A DNA stretch of 64,000 bases, taken from contig OZ024740.1 of assembly GCA_964016885.1 (NCBI GenBank), positions 408,580,001 through 408,644,000 on the forward strand, written 5' to 3'. The notes under the pieces were generated by a model that was not told the DNA's origin, did not search any database, and worked only from the letters and a program-made list of their open reading frames with translations. A program made the translations under genes and the position numbers. The stretch comes from Eledone cirrhosa. Its lineage: Eukaryota. This document shows, piece after piece, positions 24,998 through 39,229 of the stretch (its first letter is position 1; each line of letters begins with the position of its first letter).

Positions 24998-25215
24998 TAA
25001 TCATTTCTACTATAGGAACAAGGCATGAAATTTGGGGTTTAGGGTTCAGTCGATTACATTGATCCTAGTACACAACTAGTACTTAATTCATTGACCCCGA
25101 AAGGATGAAACGCAAAGTTGAGATCGGCGGAATTTGAACTCAGAACGTAAAAACGGAAGAAGTACCGTTAAGCATTTCGTCAGATGTGCTAACGATTCCA
25201 CCAGCTCACCGCCTT
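24998..25215 (-). mobile_element. tRNA-derived SINE (variant subfamily) inside a probable hAT-like MITE (~24899-25305)
   Basis: ggcggtgagctgg head and gagttcaaattcc B-box; flanking aggggtctcaaac / gtttgagcccc. Confidence 0.8.
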
Positions 25216-25807
25216 ATTTCCACCAGTTATAATGCAATATGAAATATTGGTTCTACCACGGGCCACAGAAAAGTAGTTCGCGGGGCGCATGTTTGAGCCC
25301 CATGCTGGATATAGATAGATACATAGATAGATAGATAAATAGATACACAGATAGACGTGTACCAAACACACACACACACATTTCTTACTCTCTCTGTCCC
25401 TCCCTCTTTCTCTCTTCATTTATATATATATATATAATTGGTTATGCACGAGTGCATTAATGTTTTCCAGGACACAGTGTTATGTACCGTGTAGTGGAAT
25501 GTCAGCTTACAACAGAGTGGTGCTCAACGAAATGCAGAAAAAAGGTGTATATTCCAGTTTAGCTATATTCCGGGGCGTGTATAAAGAATTAAAAAGAACA
25601 GAAAGATGCAGTAAAAGAGATTTATTCGGTTCTTACGTACGTTTCAATAGACATCAATTTGCCTAGATCTCGCTGCATCTATAATATTATATATTTAGTA
25701 GAGCATTCGATATCCAATGCACAATCGATCCCATATCATCAGAGATGATATATATATATATATATATATAATAAAAATAGAGTGCTGCGTGGTTGCACAT
25801 GGGTTAC

Positions 25808-26475
<668 letters not shown>

Positions 26476-26603
26476 TGGTGTTGTTGAAAAGAGCAGTGGC
26501 CTTTAACCTGGCAATAAAAACTGAAGACAAAATTCTTTCTGTACCAAAACCAAGGCACACACACACACAGAAGTTTGTGTATGTGAATGTATATGTGTGT
26601 ATG

Positions 26604-26726
<123 letters not shown>

Positions 26727-27584
26727 GTGTGTGTGCGTGTGTGTGTGTGTGTGTGTATCTATGTATATATATAAGGAAGACAGATATTTCTTTCTCACTA
26801 TCACCAAGCTTCTCAATTCATTCGTTGCTACTAAGTATTTTATTTTGCAAGGTACTATTTTCCCCCTGGGTTTGTGATTTCAGAGAAAGGTAAGAAATTC
26901 TTCATATTTTGTATCTTTACAGTTTGAATTATAGAATTGTTTATCCACTCAAACAGCTAACAGTGAAATATAGAATTTAAAAAAAAAAAGCTTTTTCGAC
27001 TGAGATGAAATCTTTGAGAACATTCACGTCTATTTTTCAAAAATATATAATTTGAAATAGTTTGCTTTTGTTTTGGACTGAAACTTTTTTGTATTTAATT
27101 CGTACGAGTATTTTTTAAAGATTCTAACATAACTTGATTTGGCCCAGTAATCTACTGATATCAAAATCAGTAGTATATTGAAAAATGGAAAAATAGGGTA
27201 GGGGGTCGTTACATGATTTCGAGGGGCAAAAGGGGTCGTTTGGCCGAAATGGGTTGAGAACCTTTGGTGTAGAGTAAGGTACAACAGATACGCTAATTGA
27301 ACAAAGGTTAAACTCGTACAGGTAGTCCGATTGATAGTAAATAGGTTCTTACGTTACATTTGCAGTTAATGTTTTCAGGCAGGTGAGAGGCATACTAATG
27401 TATGTATGTGTGTGTGTGTATGAATGTATGTGTATAGTGTATATATGGGTAGTGTATGTATATTTAGGGTAGTTATCGATGGTCAATAGACTGGTCGGAG
27501 CAATATGTGTGTCTGTCTGTTTGAATAATTTGGCGTTAATTCCAACGAAACTTAAGTATCTGCGTATACCAGTGTTGTAACGAT

Positions 27585-27679
<95 letters not shown>

Positions 27680-27701
27680 GTGTGTGTGTGTGGGTGTGTG
27701 T

Positions 27702-27769
<68 letters not shown>

Positions 27770-27850
27770 GGTAAACAGAAATAACAACACAATTGGTACA
27801 GTATATGGAAGGGATATATTAGGTTAATGCTTGATATAGCAGGAAGAGAG

Positions 27851-27886
27851 TCTTAACGTTTCGGACGCTAGTCCTTCACCAGAAGA
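27851..27886 (-). ncRNA. Minimal hammerhead-like motif with CUGGUGA core variant
   Basis: ucuu CUGGUGA a GGAC uagc GUCC GAAACGUU aaga; element 27763-27895 is homologous to 43580-43710. Confidence 0.5.
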
Positions 27887-27980
27887 AAGAATGAGAAATA
27901 AGATAGATTGAGGGGACGGGCCAGTTGGAATTGGACAAATTTTCTTTAGATAAAAATAACAGGTCTATTCATATATATAT

Positions 27981-28327
27981 ACGTTCAACCATCTGACAGA
28001 AAGGTATACGATGCTGACGATAGCTAATAAGCTTGAAACTAGTGCATCGTTCCTGTGTCAGTGTTGAACAAAAAGGTGACGATCGTTGCCTGAACACTGT
28101 ACGGCTTAATTCGGGCTGTTTGTTTACAAACAAACTGTGCATTATAATAAATGTTCGGTAAACCCATACGTACATATATATATATGTGTGCATGTATGTA
28201 TATATATACACACTACTGTACGTCTGTATACATATATGTATGTACGTATACATACATACTTACATTTAAGTACCAGCCGTACTAAGAGTGAGAAATGAAA
28301 TTTCGTTTCATTCTTTTCCATTTATAT

Positions 28328-28330
<3 letters not shown>
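27981..28330 (+). mobile_element. Penelope-type pLTR remnant, paralog of 15015-15298
   Basis: Direct similarity; flanked by TA repeats. Confidence 0.75.
28008..28050 (+). ncRNA. Type I hammerhead, probably inactive (GUG at the cleavage site)
   Basis: acgaug CUGACGA uAGCUaauaAGCUu GAAAC UA GUG caucgu. Confidence 0.7.
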
Positions 28331-28389
<59 letters not shown>

Positions 28390-28520
28390 ATATATATATA
28401 TATATACATACATACATATATATATATATACATATATATACATACATATATATATATATATATATACATACATATATATATATATATATATACATACATA
28501 TATATATATATACGTACATA

Positions 28521-28556
<36 letters not shown>

Positions 28557-28582
28557 TGTATGTATATATATATATATATATA

Positions 28583-28764
28583 TAACAAAGGAAATGTGGT
28601 AAGGAACCAGATGGACCATAACGCACCAAAGTACTCAATACTTAGGGTAGTAGAGTGGGTAATAGGAACGAGTAGGACCCCGACGGCTGAGCTCAAGCCG
28701 TTTCGACTCGTCCAGAATTAGCCGTCGAAACGGCTTGAGCTCAGCCGTCGGGGTCCTACTCGTT

Positions 28765-28768
<4 letters not shown>
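28583..28768 (-). mobile_element. Short (TA)n-embedded element with terminal hairpin and the 3' half of a hammerhead
   Basis: About 45-bp perfect inverted repeat; GAAACGGCU-ugagcuc-AGCCGUC; paralog of 14196-14385. Confidence 0.75.
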
Positions 28769-28849
<81 letters not shown>

Positions 28850-29188
28850 GTATATATACATATATTTACACTTGCATATATATATATATATATGTATGTA
28901 TGTATATATACATATATTTACACTTGCATATATATATATATGTATGTATGTATATATACATATATTTACACTTGCATATATATATATATATGCATGTGTA
29001 AATAAGGATATGGTGGTGATTGAAATTTTTGAAAATAGAATTAGAAGCTTTCACTGTAAATTGACTACAGAAAATAATCTAATATTAGGGGGCATATAAA
29101 CTCCAGTAACTGAAGAAAATGGGCATTAGCATGCAATGGAAACGAACCCACACATCTTATTTTCACGATACACATGCTAGACCGATTG

Positions 29189-29248
<60 letters not shown>

Positions 29249-29315
29249 CTTTATATATATATATATAAAATAAAGTGTGTAAGTGAAACATGTTAAAGTT
29301 GGCTTCGTTTATTAT

Positions 29316-29382
29316 AATTCTCTGCTATATATATTTCAGTGACAGCCATTGGCTGTCACCTCCTCATCAGGCAGTAAGAATT
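29316..29382 (-). ncRNA. Type I hammerhead ribozyme
   Basis: aauucu-ua-cugc CUGAUGA ggag GUGACAGCC aau GGCUGUCAC u GAAA UAUAUAUA gcag-agaauu. Confidence 0.78.
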
Positions 29383-29679
29383 AATGTAGAAAAAAAACAG
29401 GTAAACATGGTGGTGAAATGTGTTCCACTCTGTTAATTCATCGATATGTCCAGCTCCTGGGTGTGTTGTTAGTCCTCAGAGGAACTGGATCATACATACT
29501 CAATATATATATATATATATATATATTAGAAAGTGAGGGTTTTTTTACAAAATGAAAAATAACCGAGGTGTCCTACACGAGTGAAAGTATAAAGAAAAAA
29601 GATGAAATCGAAAATGCAACTGGAGTCTTATTTATTTTTAAATGGAAATTTTTTTTTAAATGGAAATTTAAATGGAAAT

Positions 29680-30591
29680 TACCTTGGTGTCCCCTTGAAG
29701 CGGGGAAGTTGTTACATCTATCATGGTAGTGGCATCTTTTCCCTATGTTTGACGATGAGGCATCCACGTAGTAGTTGAGTGATTTGGTATGGTGTCTCCT
29801 TGAAGGGGGAAAGTTGTAAATGTTATTCTGGGGGAGATGATTTCTAGGGTTTTTGTTCCTTCTTATGGTAGCGAGGTTGGGAAGTTCATCTTCGGTGTGG
29901 TGCTTCCTTCTTCGTTTGTTAGTGGCTTGGGGGTTTGCAAAGTTGTTGTGCGGTTCAGTTATGGGTTTTCATATTTTTATGAACGGGTTATTGGAGGTGT
30001 AATCCGTTTGAAAAGTCGATTCATAGTGTAGGAACCAAGCGGCACTTTTTTCCCAGCGTTGAAGGGATTTCAGTTCTTCTCTGTTGCAGTCCCCTTTCCA
30101 TAATTTGGAGATCTTCTCTACCTTGGGGCCTTCAGTTTTATTGTTGATTTCTAGGAGGATCTCTTCATCGATGGTTTTGATTTTTTCCTCATTTGTCTGG
30201 GACCTCAGTTTAAGAAGTTCAATTTCTGTCTTCATTTTTTCCAATGCCATTCTTTCCCTAAGGTGTCTTTGAGGTTTGGGTTCATTTGGAATGGACTTTA
30301 TTCGTATTTTACGGGGGAGAGTTAGAGGGGTTGAGTTAAGCCATTTTTCATATATCTCCGCTTTGTTGTGATTTTGTATCATCTTCCAGAATGAGAACTT
30401 TCTGTCTCTGAGGGATTTGTTCCATTTTGGAATTGTTGGAATTTTCATTTTGTATGAATCAATCTCACATGGTTCTACGTTGGTTTTTCCTGGGTTGGTA
30501 GTAGTGAACATAGTTTGGATAGTATCGCAAAGGTTTTGGAGTTTATCGCCGATTTCGGAGGGTTTGTATCCGGTGACGGTTTCCTTATTTG

Positions 30592-30592
<1 letters not shown>
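29680..30592 (-). pseudogene. Coiled-coil-rich ORF fragment, possibly a retroelement ORF1
   Basis: About 205 aa of complex sequence (KWNKSLRDRKFSFWK..LPRKIRIK..EIELLKLR) between microsatellites; no motif recognised with certainty. Confidence 0.4.
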
Positions 30593-30650
<58 letters not shown>

Positions 30651-31185
30651 TCTTAATAGGCATTTGAACTGTCAACAGGCTGCGGTTCGCACACACATCC
30701 CTGCTGACCATTATCACAACAACGAACCTCTTTACTACTACTACACACACATATTTGTTGTGAAAGACTTATCTCTCAGTCAGCCGACACAAACCTACAT
30801 TTGGCGCAAAATCAATTTTTTACATTCACATGACCTCTACCGACCAATCAAAATTGTTTTGACCACAAGAATTTTTGCAACACGAATTGGCGCAAAACTT
30901 ATTTTAATACCGCTGGAGCCACTTTTTTAACATAAAAACAGGTAGAATTCCCAAAACTAATCAGATCAGAGCAAATACCACGGACGCTCTATCTCAAAAT
31001 TATTTTTGAAAAGCATTAGAAATGCGCAACCGGTAAAACTTAAAACCAAAACTTAATACTAACCAATACTATTACTAATTCTCACTTATTCCTAATTAAA
31101 CTATTTTTCACTGTGAACAATTTGTCAGCATTTTCTATTCCGTTTACCAATATATCATAACTTGTGTGTTACCCCTCTATTCTTT

Positions 31186-31318
<133 letters not shown>

Positions 31319-31674
31319 AATCGAAAATGCAACTGGAGTCTTATTTAAAAATATATATATATATATATTATTTGGTTCCTTTACCGGTTTCGCAGTTCTT
31401 CTGCTTTTCAAAAGTAGAGTTGAGATGGAGGGTCTGTGGTTTTTCTCACATCTGGTTGGTCTTTGAATGTTATTTCTATTTTATATGGCAAAAAGGGGCT
31501 CACGAAGGCTTTTTTTTATAAATGTAATTTGATTGGTTATAAATGAAATTATGGCGTCACGTGAACAAGTTCATTAAATCTCGCGCCCGTATTTGGGAAT
31601 TTATTTTGTAGCCTTTTAGAGAATTTTATGACAAACATATATATATATATAATTATATTAAAATAACAGATTAA

Positions 31675-31725
31675 AGTTTAAGCAAAGAATCGCTGCTTTC
31701 ACCCTTAACGGGATCTTCTGAAACT
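31675..31725 (-). ncRNA. Hammerhead fold with CAGAAGA core variant (inverted pLTR arm)
   Basis: aguuu CAGAAGA u CCC guuaa GGG u GAAAGCA..UGCUU aaacu. Confidence 0.55.
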
Positions 31726-33397
31726 AAAAAAGTCAATCTGTGAACGCAGAAGTAAATATTTAAAAAACGTTGCAACCGAAGGAAGACAGGAAGTCGATAC
31801 TTTGGTTCGTGGAAAGGTTCCCTGGCAAAGAACGGAAAAAAACGAAGATAATACGTCATTATTTGTTGCGGTGAAAACAATTACACGCAAAGACAAAACC
31901 ACTTTTATGCTATAAAGGAAGTCGTAGACTAATATTCTATTAGGTGGTTCATGGAGACGTTCTGAGGCAATGAACGGAAAAAACGAAGATAATACGTCAT
32001 TAAGTAAGGTTGAAACACCCACGTCCCGTAGGGCCTACATAGGGTTAACCGCCAATAGATTCAAGCAGCGTCTTTACATACATACCCATTCTTTTTTAAC
32101 CCTTTAAGAAGGAATATGACGTCACTTTCAGCTTATATCTGGAGTCTAAAAGACAAGCACACCCAATATAAGTTACACTGGGAGATCTTAGCTGAGGCTA
32201 GATCGTATAACGGAAATAAAAGACCATGTGACCTCTGCGCCGCTGAGGCCCTGGAAATACTCTTCGCCAAAGACCACATCTTAAACAAAAAATCTGAGTC
32301 AATTTCGGCTTGTAAACATAAATTGCACAAAACTTTCCTGTTTTACAGCCCCACATTATACCCTAACGGATAGTACGCGGATTATTTACGTCTTCATGTG
32401 GTAGCTAAGTATGTTATGTTAATACCATTACTTATTCATATAGGTAAGTATATATTACCTGTATGTTTTGTGACGCTACGTATACTTTCTCGTACGTATA
32501 TTTGCTTGTATATGTTATTGGCGTATTTATTATATTATATATACTGGTACATGTGCATTTGGTTATGTGTATACGTGAGTTTTGAGCCTGTGTGAGTATG
32601 CGGATTCGTACGTATGTAGGGTGTGTGTATATGTGTACTTTGTGCTTTGGTTGATGTACGTCCGCGAACATATGTTTATTTGCATGTAGGTGTGTGTGTG
32701 TACACGCGTTATATACGTATTTATGTGTGTATATTTATATACGTTTATTTAATTATGTATACACACACACATGTATATGTATATTTGTTTTTATATATTT
32801 TTTATGTGTATTTGGCGTATACGTTCGTATGTGTGCGCGTACAGGCGTTGCGTGGGTCCTGTATGTGCGTGTTTTTTTTTTTTTGTTTTTTTTGTGTACG
32901 TGCTTGTATTTGCATACCCATGGCGAGTGTTTTGTATGTACGTATATGGATGCGTGTATGTATATATATAATTTCATTTACCTCTGTATTTTATTTACTT
33001 TATTCTTAACTCTGAAGCCGAGAATCATTCGGTTTCCTAAATAGAATTTTAGTCTACGACTTCAGTTATACCATTTACGTGGTTTTGCCTTTGCGTGTAA
33101 TTGTTCTCTTTGCTCCACATAATGACGTATTATATTCGTTTTTTCCGTTTATTGCCTCAGAACGTCTCCATGAACCACCTAATAGAATATTAGTCTACGA
33201 CTTCCTTTATACCATAAACGTGGTTTTGTCTTTGTGTGTAATTGTTTTCACCGCACCAAATAATGACGCACTATCTTCGTTTTTTTCCGTTCTTTGCCAG
33301 GGAACGTTTCCACGAACCAAAGTATCGTCTTTCTGTCTTCCTTCGGTTGCAACGTTTTTTTAAATATTTACTTCTGCGTTCACAGATTGACTTTTTT

Positions 33398-33448
33398 AGT
33401 TTCAGAAGATCCCGTTAAGAGTGAAAGCAGCGATTCTTTGCTTAAACT
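33398..33448 (+). ncRNA. Hammerhead fold with CAGAAGA core variant (sense pLTR)
   Basis: Stem I aguuu / aaacu, stem III AGCA / UGCU, CUU site; stem II has one mismatch in this arm. Confidence 0.5.
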
Positions 33449-33505
33449 TTAATCTGTTATTTTAATAAATATTTGCTCTACGGTTCTTATATATCTGATA
33501 TATAT

Positions 33506-33540
33506 TTATCCTTATCGAGCCCTCTTTGGATTTTAGTCTT

Positions 33541-33589
<49 letters not shown>

Positions 33590-33639
33590 ATAATAATAAA
33601 TTTGAAGACTAAAATCCAAAGAGGGCTCGATAAGGATAA
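33506..33639. repeat. 40-bp perfect inverted repeat around a (TA)n spacer
   Basis: ttatccttatcgagccctctttggattttagtcttcaaat and its reverse complement at 33600-33639. Confidence 0.9.
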
Positions 33640-35950
33640 CAGTGAGATCATGCGTTCACTTCCCGGACCGGGCGATGCGTTATGTCCTTGAGCAAAACAC
33701 TTTATTTCACGGTGCTCCTGCTACCTGGAGTTGCGACCGATAGATAGTATTAGCAATTGGAAAGACCAATGGAAACATTGTTTCCTCGGTCCGATTTGAC
33801 GAAAGTCGATCGACTGTCATCATATATATATATAGTTCAAAAAGACAAACAAGCAAACGCAGTACATAGTGTTATTAGCTTCACACTTGGTGAGAGTGGA
33901 GGAGGTTACGGTGTTTCGGTCATAAGTCTTTCATCAAGTAAGGTAGGAAGGAACTCCGAGAGGGCGTGAGGGGGGGGGGGGGTTAATAGGAAGAACATGA
34001 AAGGACGGGGAAAATAGAAATAAACATGAAAATCAAGATTTAAAAAAAAAACAGAATTAAAAAAATATATTTTAAAAAAACCAGAAAATATGAAAACACT
34101 TTACTTTATAAATTCTTTTTGCTTCAGCTGAATTGCTGCGAGTTTCTAAAGATCAGAGTGTATTCTTGGAGAGAGGCAGAGATTAAAAATTGTGTAAGTA
34201 TAGCGGGTAGCTCTGAGGTGGATTATTTGAGGGTGGTGGAAGGGACATTTGTGGGTGAGGGAAGGGACATTTGAGGGTGATGGAAGCGGTGGTGGCCTCG
34301 TTTGTTTGAAAAGACTGGTTGTACTTTCACGCTTAACGTGTATGTATGCTAAATGGTGCGTTTGATAAGGTTGATGGAGGAAATTTACCAATGGCTGCTC
34401 TCAAAATTATTAGAAGGAAGCCCCAAGACGCCATGTTGTAATGTGTGATTGAGTATAGAGGTGTTCTGCCTCCTTCTTTCTTTTTTATTACCCTCCATTT
34501 TTCCTTCCTTATTATTCTCCACGAATATTTTCTTTTTTTTTTTACCAGTGTATATATCAACATTGAAGAACCTGAGAAATGTCGTGGGTGGCTATTCAAT
34601 ATATTTTTTAATATTTTCCATGATTATACTTTCATAATACAATATAAATTGTATTGATATCTTTGTTGACTTCATATGTTGAAGAGGGAAATCCAACAAT
34701 ACATTACAATATATTTTCCGTAAAGTAAAACTGTAACATATTTTACATTTACCAAGTGTATGCAATGTGAAGTTGGATGCAAACAGCGAAGGTGGAGACA
34801 TTCTCTGCGGAAGTACTACACTTAGAACCATCATGATCGATAAGTGGAGAAAAGGAGGATTCTGCAATGTTAGTGGAGTTCCTTTTGTCAAAGAACTAGA
34901 AGGATCGACCGCAGTTTAGAAGACAGGATCGCTCCGTGATGCACGCAAATACATTTGGCCGTTAAGATAGTGATCTTACAAGAGTCGCGTTGTTGGGTAA
35001 AAACTTTCTAGTTTAGGAAAAGCATGACTTTCTTCGGACATTGTAAGCTTTTTTTTAATTGCTAAACTGCTGTAACATAGTCATGAGTTGCCTGGGGACA
35101 TGTTTTAAGGAGCCCTGCGATTTCATTTGAAAAATAAAAATTAAGGCTCTGCTATTGTTGTTGTTGTTATCGTCGATGCCCCCCCCCCCCTCTCACACAC
35201 ACATACACACACACGCGCGCGCACACTTAACGAAAGGGATTACCAGGAAGTCAGGTACTGAGTGTGTATAACTTGGTGCAGAACAAATATAAAATTCTTC
35301 GAAGAGCATCGGTTTTCTCGGTTTTCTTATTAATGCTCGCACAGTAACGTAGCTAGCGGGTATAAGATTGGCACTTTGGGGTCTGTTGTATATATTTAAA
35401 TATGTGGTACTGGAGATCAAGATGTACCCCAGGGTGGCATACACTCTAGCTACGCCACAGTATTTGCATCCTTTGTTGATATACATCAGCACAAGACATG
35501 TACATGACATATTTCTGCAAAGTTTCTGACTATCAAATTCCATTCATGAGTCGTTAGTCGATCCTAGGCTATAGTAGAAAACACTTTCTCAAACTGACAC
35601 TTGGGGGGGGGGGATCACATGGTTACGTAGCGGACTTCGGTTCGTAATCACGTAATTCCACCGAGTATCTTCTTCACCTCACAGAAATACCTTAACTCAT
35701 GCCTTAATTCGTCCTTTGAATTCTAACTTCATCTTACCAGTATTGAAACCGTATCAGTAATATACTGCATTGATTAAGAAGATATGTATTTAGTGCATAT
35801 TTCGGCTGCTTAGTGCATATTTTAATACACACACATTCACACACACACATATACATGTTACTCTGTAATTTCGCCTGTTTATTACACAGTCATCAGACAA
35901 GAACGTTCTTGAAACTCCAGAGTAACAAGACTCACTATTTAGCATAAATA

Positions 35951-36335
35951 TAATTGTTTCTACTTTTGGCATAAAGCCAACAATTACTCAGTACATTACT
36001 GGTACGTTATTTTATCGACCCCGTAAGGATGAAAGGCAAAGTTAACCCCGGCGGGATTTGAACTCAGATCATAAAGAGACGTAACTCTATGCTTCAAAGC
36101 ATTGTGTCCGACTGTCTATCGATACTGCCAATCCACCGCCCTTAATATAATTGTTTCTACATTTGGCACAAGGCCAGCAATTATTCCAGTGTATTACTGG
36201 TACTTTATTTTATCGACCCCGTAAGGATGAAAGGCAAAGTTAACCTCGGCGGGATTTGAACTCAGATCATAAAGGGTCGTAACTCTTTGTTGCAAAGCAT
36301 GGCGTCCGACCCTCTACCAATACTGCCAATCCACC
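35951..36335 (-). mobile_element. Two head-to-tail tRNA-derived SINEs
   Basis: Family consensus at 35951-36141 and 36147-36335. Confidence 0.9.
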
Positions 36336-36362
36336 ATAATGAATATACATATGTGTGTGCGC

Positions 36363-36479
<117 letters not shown>

Positions 36480-36506
36480 CGTGTGTGTGTGTACGTGCGT
36501 GAAAAT

Positions 36507-36558
36507 GACTTCTACAGGACTAGAACTGTTTCATTCTTATAAAATCTTCAGAAATGTC
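36507..36558 (-). ncRNA. Type I hammerhead, paralog of 63778-63828 with weakened stems
   Basis: gacauuu CUGAAGA uuuuauaagaau GAAACAG uucuaguc CUGUA gaaguc. Confidence 0.6.
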
Positions 36559-36689
36559 CATCCTGAAGCTAGAATAAATCCATATGAATATGTATATATT
36601 TTAACTGTAAATGGCTCGCATTACCTAACTATAAATATGGAATGGAACTCCGTCGGTTTAAACAATGTGTGTTTCAGTTGTTTGATCCA

Positions 36690-36990
36690 CTGAACATCCT
36701 GCTCATGAAATGAACGTGTAAGGGGCTGAGCATTCCATAGTCACGTGTACCATTAACTTAATTATCTGGGAGATTCAGGGCGATAAAGTGTGTGCCAAAG
36801 CTGGGCCTTTGAATCACAGGTACCATCCATCCGACGGGCTTTCAAACAGTTTCCATCATCACTCACAAAGGCACTGGTCAACCTGAGGCTATGGTAAATT
36901 GCGCTTGCCCAAGTTGCCAAGCAATGGGATCGAACCTAGGACCGAATGATTGGGAAGAGAACTCCTTAACCACTCGGCTATCCTGTGCCC
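36690..36990 (-). mobile_element. Second SINE family copy
   Basis: tRNA head tagccgagtggttaagg..ggttcgatccc on the minus strand; homologous to 2075-2405. Confidence 0.7.
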
Positions 36991-37204
36991 ACATTACTAT
37001 AAGCAAGTACCATAAGGAAGTATGTATGGTCCCGTAACTCCCTGGGGTGTCGTAGGTGCGCCGTATTGACATACGGTGTGTCTAGGGCATTATTTTAAAC
37101 CTGGTGGGGCCCATCTCCTCTCCAGGTCTGAATACAGAAAATTTCTTCTAGAAAAGGAGAGTATGAGGGTGGAAGTGAGAAAGACATATAGAGGAAGAAT
37201 CCAC

Positions 37205-37375
37205 CCCAGTACTACACTGGTACTTTTTTTATCGACCACGAAAGGATGAAAGGCAAAGTTGACCTCGGCGGGATTTGAACTCAGAGAGCAGAGAGCCGGA
37301 ACGAATACCACAAAGCATCCTGTCCGACATTATATCAACTCTGCTAATTCACTTCCTCCACCAATTCACCGCCAA
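37205..37375 (-). mobile_element. tRNA-derived SINE (diverged)
   Basis: Family core ggatgaaaggcaaagttgacctcggcgggatttgaactc. Confidence 0.8.
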
Positions 37376-38981
37376 TCCTATAGCAAAGTACAGACACCAT
37401 AACAAGGTATATTTTTACCACTGTAATGAGATATACGTATAAACCACTGAATGTTTTCATAAACATTAAGTTCCTGGTTCAACTAGTGTGGTGCATCTGG
37501 AGAAAGGTGACTTAAAGCCACCTAATGATATCCTTGCTTGAATTAATAGATGAAAACAAAATCTATGGTGGTGTAAGATTCGTTCTTTCTTGCTAAGATT
37601 TCTTATTTAATACAGTCAGTGAGGGGGACAAACCAATATTTTTTTATTCTTAAAGGAGCATAAATTGCTTATGGTGCCTTTCCTGGACCCTATCACATAA
37701 GTAAAATTTGACGCTAATTAAACTTTATATATTCAAATGAAGTTCAGATATTAAAAAAATAAGCTTAAAAAGAATTTATTATATCAAATAAACAAAAAAT
37801 GAAATATAGACGTTTGAAAAAGTGGTGGGACTTGTCCCCTGGTACCCCCTGAAACAAGACCCTTGAATACAGTTATGGTTTAACACAGTTGTAACCTCAC
37901 TCCTGTCCTGGTATGTTTTTTTAGTTTTATTAACTGAATTAAATCTTAACTTATATTATAAATTACAGTTTTAATTTACTTTAATCTCTCAATAAGCCTT
38001 AATTTGTAGCAGTTGAAAAAGTCATATGAAAATAAATTGAAACTAAGACGGAAATTTCTTCATCTTTGAAAAAGTAATTCAAGTAGCTGCGAATATAGTG
38101 TAGCTAAAAATTATATTCATCCATTATGACAATCCTACTCTCTACAAAGACAATGAAAATTATTGTCAACAAAATTTCTACTATCAACTCAAATAAAAAC
38201 ACAATTATAAATGAATCCTCACGTATCATCTACTTCATTGAGCGGAAAATAATTTGATCAATGAAATATTTTGACGGAATATCTTCTTTCCTGCATCTGG
38301 TAGTTAGTGATAACGTTAGAAATGAGATCAAGTGTATATTACAGAATGCTCGGTCACTGTATCTAACTTCGTGTTTTGCGGTTCATAGTTCGAATTATAG
38401 AACCGTCCATTCTTTAGGAGTAACAAAAGAAGCATCATATTTTTTTATGAATAAAAATGTATTTGGTATCATATCCATATTTATTTTAGGGGCCTTTTGA
38501 CAAGTTTGCATATTGCGTGGGTCTCCAGCTAATCTTCACAACTGTTTGTTATCATTTTCGTGATGTCAGTCTTCCTTGGTTTTCTTCATCTACAGGTTCA
38601 ATCTACTGTAAGTGCTTGGCATTTCTTTTTACATCTGATATCCTCTCTACACATGACATGCCTATATCAATGCAATCTTCTCTTGCAAGCTACTTCTAAT
38701 TCCTCTTATACCCAGTTTTTCTTTCTATTCATTTCTTTCTGGCTGGTAAGTGTAGCCTCCACATTCATAGCTCACATCTCTCTACCATGCAAATGACACT
38801 TCATATGCAGACATGATGCAATATGCCATTTGCTGTGAAATTAAACCGCGGAATGAGAGCATAAAGCTTTTCAACAAATTGAAATGAGACCGAATCGACT
38901 ACTTATACTTTTATGCATCAGGATGCATTTACCCCCCTCCACACCTCCCAAGATACTGAACGATACTTATTATAATGTAAT

Positions 38982-39173
38982 AGGGCGGTGGATTGGCAGT
39001 ATCGGTAGAGGGTCGGACGTCATGCTTTGCAGCAAAGAGTTACGGCTCTTTATGGTCTGAGTTCAAATCCCGCTGAGGTTAACTTTGCCTTTCATCCTTA
39101 TGGGGTCGATAAAATAAAGTACCAGTAATACACTGGGATAATTACTGGCCTTGTGCCAAAAGTAGAAACAATT
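38982..39173 (+). mobile_element. tRNA-derived SINE (near consensus)
   Basis: Complete head, body and tail. Confidence 0.92.
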
Positions 39174-39229
39174 ATACCAGAAACAATTGTACCAGGTGCA
39201 ACTTATTCACTTCCTTGCAGAAATTTGAA

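Larger units (their letters stand above)
31657..33466 (+). mobile_element. 5'-truncated Penelope-like element with inverted pseudo-LTR
   Basis: GIY-YIG remnant 32003-32373 (AYIGLTANRFKQR..TSLSAYIWSLK..CDLCAAE..LNKKSE); ~345-bp inverted repeat 31657-32002 / 33120-33466; (TA)n flank. Confidence 0.88.

Noticed and set aside
34565-34650. Repeat shared with 39735-39830 as a ribozyme
   Set aside because: No complete core or stems; only a short interspersed repeat
35856-35900. Hammerhead-like CUGAUGA..GAAA on the minus strand
   Set aside because: U16.1 is replaced by C and stem I has no partner; a decayed relic at best
38982-39075. SINE heads as tRNA genes
   Set aside because: A and B boxes are present but no complete cloverleaf; always fused to the SINE body
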